From the NCBI RefSeq assembly GCF_963506605.1, contig NC_083277.1:93868001-93932000 (forward strand): 64,000 bases of DNA. Direction: 5' to 3'. Source of the stretch: Zootoca vivipara (Eukaryota). Both the position numbers and the translations under genes were made by a program. Below, in pieces: positions 64,000 through 64,000 of the stretch; position 1 is the stretch's first letter; the number at the start of each line of letters is the position of its first letter. Below the pieces are notes generated by a model, which worked only from the letters and a program-made list of their open reading frames with translations, did no database searches and was not told the DNA's origin.

Positions 64000-64000
64000 G

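Larger units (their letters stand above)
1..64000 (+). other. CACNA1G: Internal portion of the CACNA1G (Cav3.1, T-type calcium channel alpha-1G) gene; starts upstream of and continues beyond the window
   Basis: Twelve GT-AG exons join in one frame. Pore motifs TLEGW (domain I) and TQEDW (domain II). Cav3.1-type signatures: [62 protein letters not shown] and the 23-aa exon 14 cassette. Confidence 0.96.

Overview
Vertebrate genomic DNA, almost certainly squamate and probably a lacertid-type lizard, judged from Sauria SINEs, BovB, CR1, L2 and Penelope elements. The whole window lies inside one + strand gene, the T-type Ca2+ channel alpha-1G subunit CACNA1G (Cav3.1). Twelve coding exons (about exons 5-16 by mammalian numbering) splice in frame at GT-AG sites. 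They encode domain I S5-pore-S6, the His-rich I-II loop, domain II and the start of the II-III loop, including the 69-nt cassette exon 14. Intron 9 is about 35.7 kb and packed with transposons. Most ORFs in the supplied track are spurious or transposon fragments. I see no wholly new gene system. The best leads are RNA-level: (1) a ~98% identical inverted pair of Sauria SINEs brackets exons 10-14, whose back-spliced circle would be 678 nt with no in-frame stop; (2) a minimal hammerhead ribozyme sits in a Penelope element inserted 27 nt after the exon 9 donor; (3) a hAT MITE forms a perfect 101-bp hairpin, with co-varying arms between its two copies; (4) a CpG-rich LTR-like promoter module is exactly duplicated, antisense in intron 9; (5) a strong in-frame internal splice donor lies in exon 15. 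Repeat-family names come from motif recognition, not database searches.
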